Shown here: positions 62,661-64,000 of the stretch, one piece after another
Layout: every line of letters starts with the position of its first letter
Numbering within the stretch: the stretch's first letter is position 1
Source: Squalus acanthias
Lineage: Eukaryota
DNA: 64,000 nt
NCBI GenBank assembly: GCA_030390025.1
Contig: CM059425.1
Location: 166,534,001 to 166,598,000 of the forward strand
Direction: 5' to 3'
The notes under the pieces: generated by a model
The model's input: only the letters and a program-made list of their open reading frames with translations
Databases searched by the model: none
Told to the model about the DNA's origin: nothing
Made by a program: the position numbers and the translations under genes

Positions 62661-64000
62661 GGGGGAAAAATTCGGTTGGTTGGCGCCTCCCGTTAGTGCC
62701 GTAAGAGGGCGCTAATGGGGCGCAAAGCAACTAGCGCCCGGGCGCGGCGATGTCTGCGCTGCTCGCGAAATTGACCAGACATTTTGCGGCGGCACTAAAC
62801 AATACCGCCCCGATCTCCTGCGCACGCAGATCTTGACAAAAGTCGAGCGTGCAACGTCCCGGTGGTGCCCCGGACTGGATATTGAGTGGCGCTCCCCTCC
62901 TTTCCACCTGGCGCAAGCAACAACAGAAAGACTGGAACGTTTCCCAGTCGGTGTGGGGCTGGGGGGGCGCTATTTAAAGGCGGCCTCTTCCTGGCTTTTT
63001 CTGTGGTAGACACTCGTTCTGACAGAGAGAGAGATTCTGAGAGAGAGAAGGAGAGACTTCTGCATAGAGTCAATGCTGTGTGAAGTAGTTTTGGCTACTG
63101 AGCATCACTTTGCAGGTACTTTTGGATTTTGGCCTTCATTACTTTGATTACCAAGAGACTTTGGGGGCTGTACTGATTCGGAGTGTCGTCCTGCGCCTGC
63201 AGATTCGGAGGCAACATAGACGCAGAGAGAGAGTGGCAATCCTGGCCAGACGGAGGAGGGCCAACAGGCCTCTGTGCAGGAGACCTTACCCTCCCAGGGT
63301 ATTTCGCCAACAATTCTCCTGCATTAATTTGTCTGAGGAGCAGTGTTTGCGCAGGCTGTGCTTCAGCAAGGAGGTAGTCACTGGGCTCTGCCACCTGCTG
63401 CAGCCAGATCTGCAGCCTCAACTGAGGACCAGGACGTCTCTGACGGTGGCAGTGAAGGTCACAGTGGCTCTGAACTTTTATGCCACCGGCTCCTTTCAAG
63501 CAGCTACTGGGGACATCGTAAATATCTCCCAGTTTGCGGTCCATTGCTGCATCCGTCAGGTCACAAATGCCCTCTGTAAAAGGAGACGCCAGTACATCTC
63601 TTTCCTGATGACCCAGGCCAAACAGCATGAACGCGCATTGGGCTTTGCGAGGATAGCGGGTTTCCCCATGGTGCAGGGCGCCATTGACTGCACGCATGTC
63701 GCATTGCGTGCACCGCATGAGAATGCAGAGGATTTCCGCAACTGAAAGGGGTACCACTCCTTAAACGTCCAGTTGGTCTGTGACCACAGACAGGTGATAC
63801 TCGCTGTCAATGCCCGCTATCCTGGCAGCAGCCACGATGCTTTCATCCTGCGCCAGACTGCTGTGCCTGAACTTTTCCAGGCACCGCATCACCCAAGTGG
63901 TTGGCTCCTCGAGGACAAGGGTTATCCACTGTGCACCTGGCTGATGACACCGCTCCGTAACCCCAACACCCCTGCTGAGCTGCGGTACAACAAGAGCCAT
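62661..64000 (+). mobile_element. Third family-1 Harbinger copy, nested in the previous one and running off the window
   Basis: Starts GGGGGAAAAATTCGGTTGGTTGGCGCCTCCCGTTAG. Confidence 0.9.
63161..64000 (+). pseudogene. Harbinger transposase with an in-frame TGA at 63743-63745 (RN*KG)
   Basis: Homology continues in frame after the stop ([14 protein letters not shown]...). GDKG has become EDKG. Confidence 0.88.

Overview
This is eukaryotic, repeat-rich, intronic or intergenic DNA. The repeat families (CR1 and L2 LINEs, a V-SINE/HE1-like and a Deu/SacSINE-like SINE, Penelope relics) suggest a cartilaginous fish; that is an inference. No host protein-coding exon could be identified. The main feature is an apparently intact autonomous PIF/Harbinger DNA transposon at 928-5155. 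It has terminal inverted repeats (TIRs), a TAT target-site duplication (TSD), an uninterrupted 386-aa DDE transposase, and a convergent three-exon Myb/SANT-like gene that splices in frame to about 486 aa. About ten other Harbinger-type copies, deletion derivatives or MITEs are present, and their insertion sites share a flank pattern. The window also holds a near-perfect 1-kb Penelope-derived palindrome with minimal hammerhead ribozymes and a second hammerhead-bearing fold-back element. Other notable items are a three-level nest (Harbinger > CR1 > putative solo LTR), a nearly intact CR1 ORF2, and a LINE that begins with a tRNA-like Pol III head. Coordinates were read by eye, and the ends of old elements are approximate.
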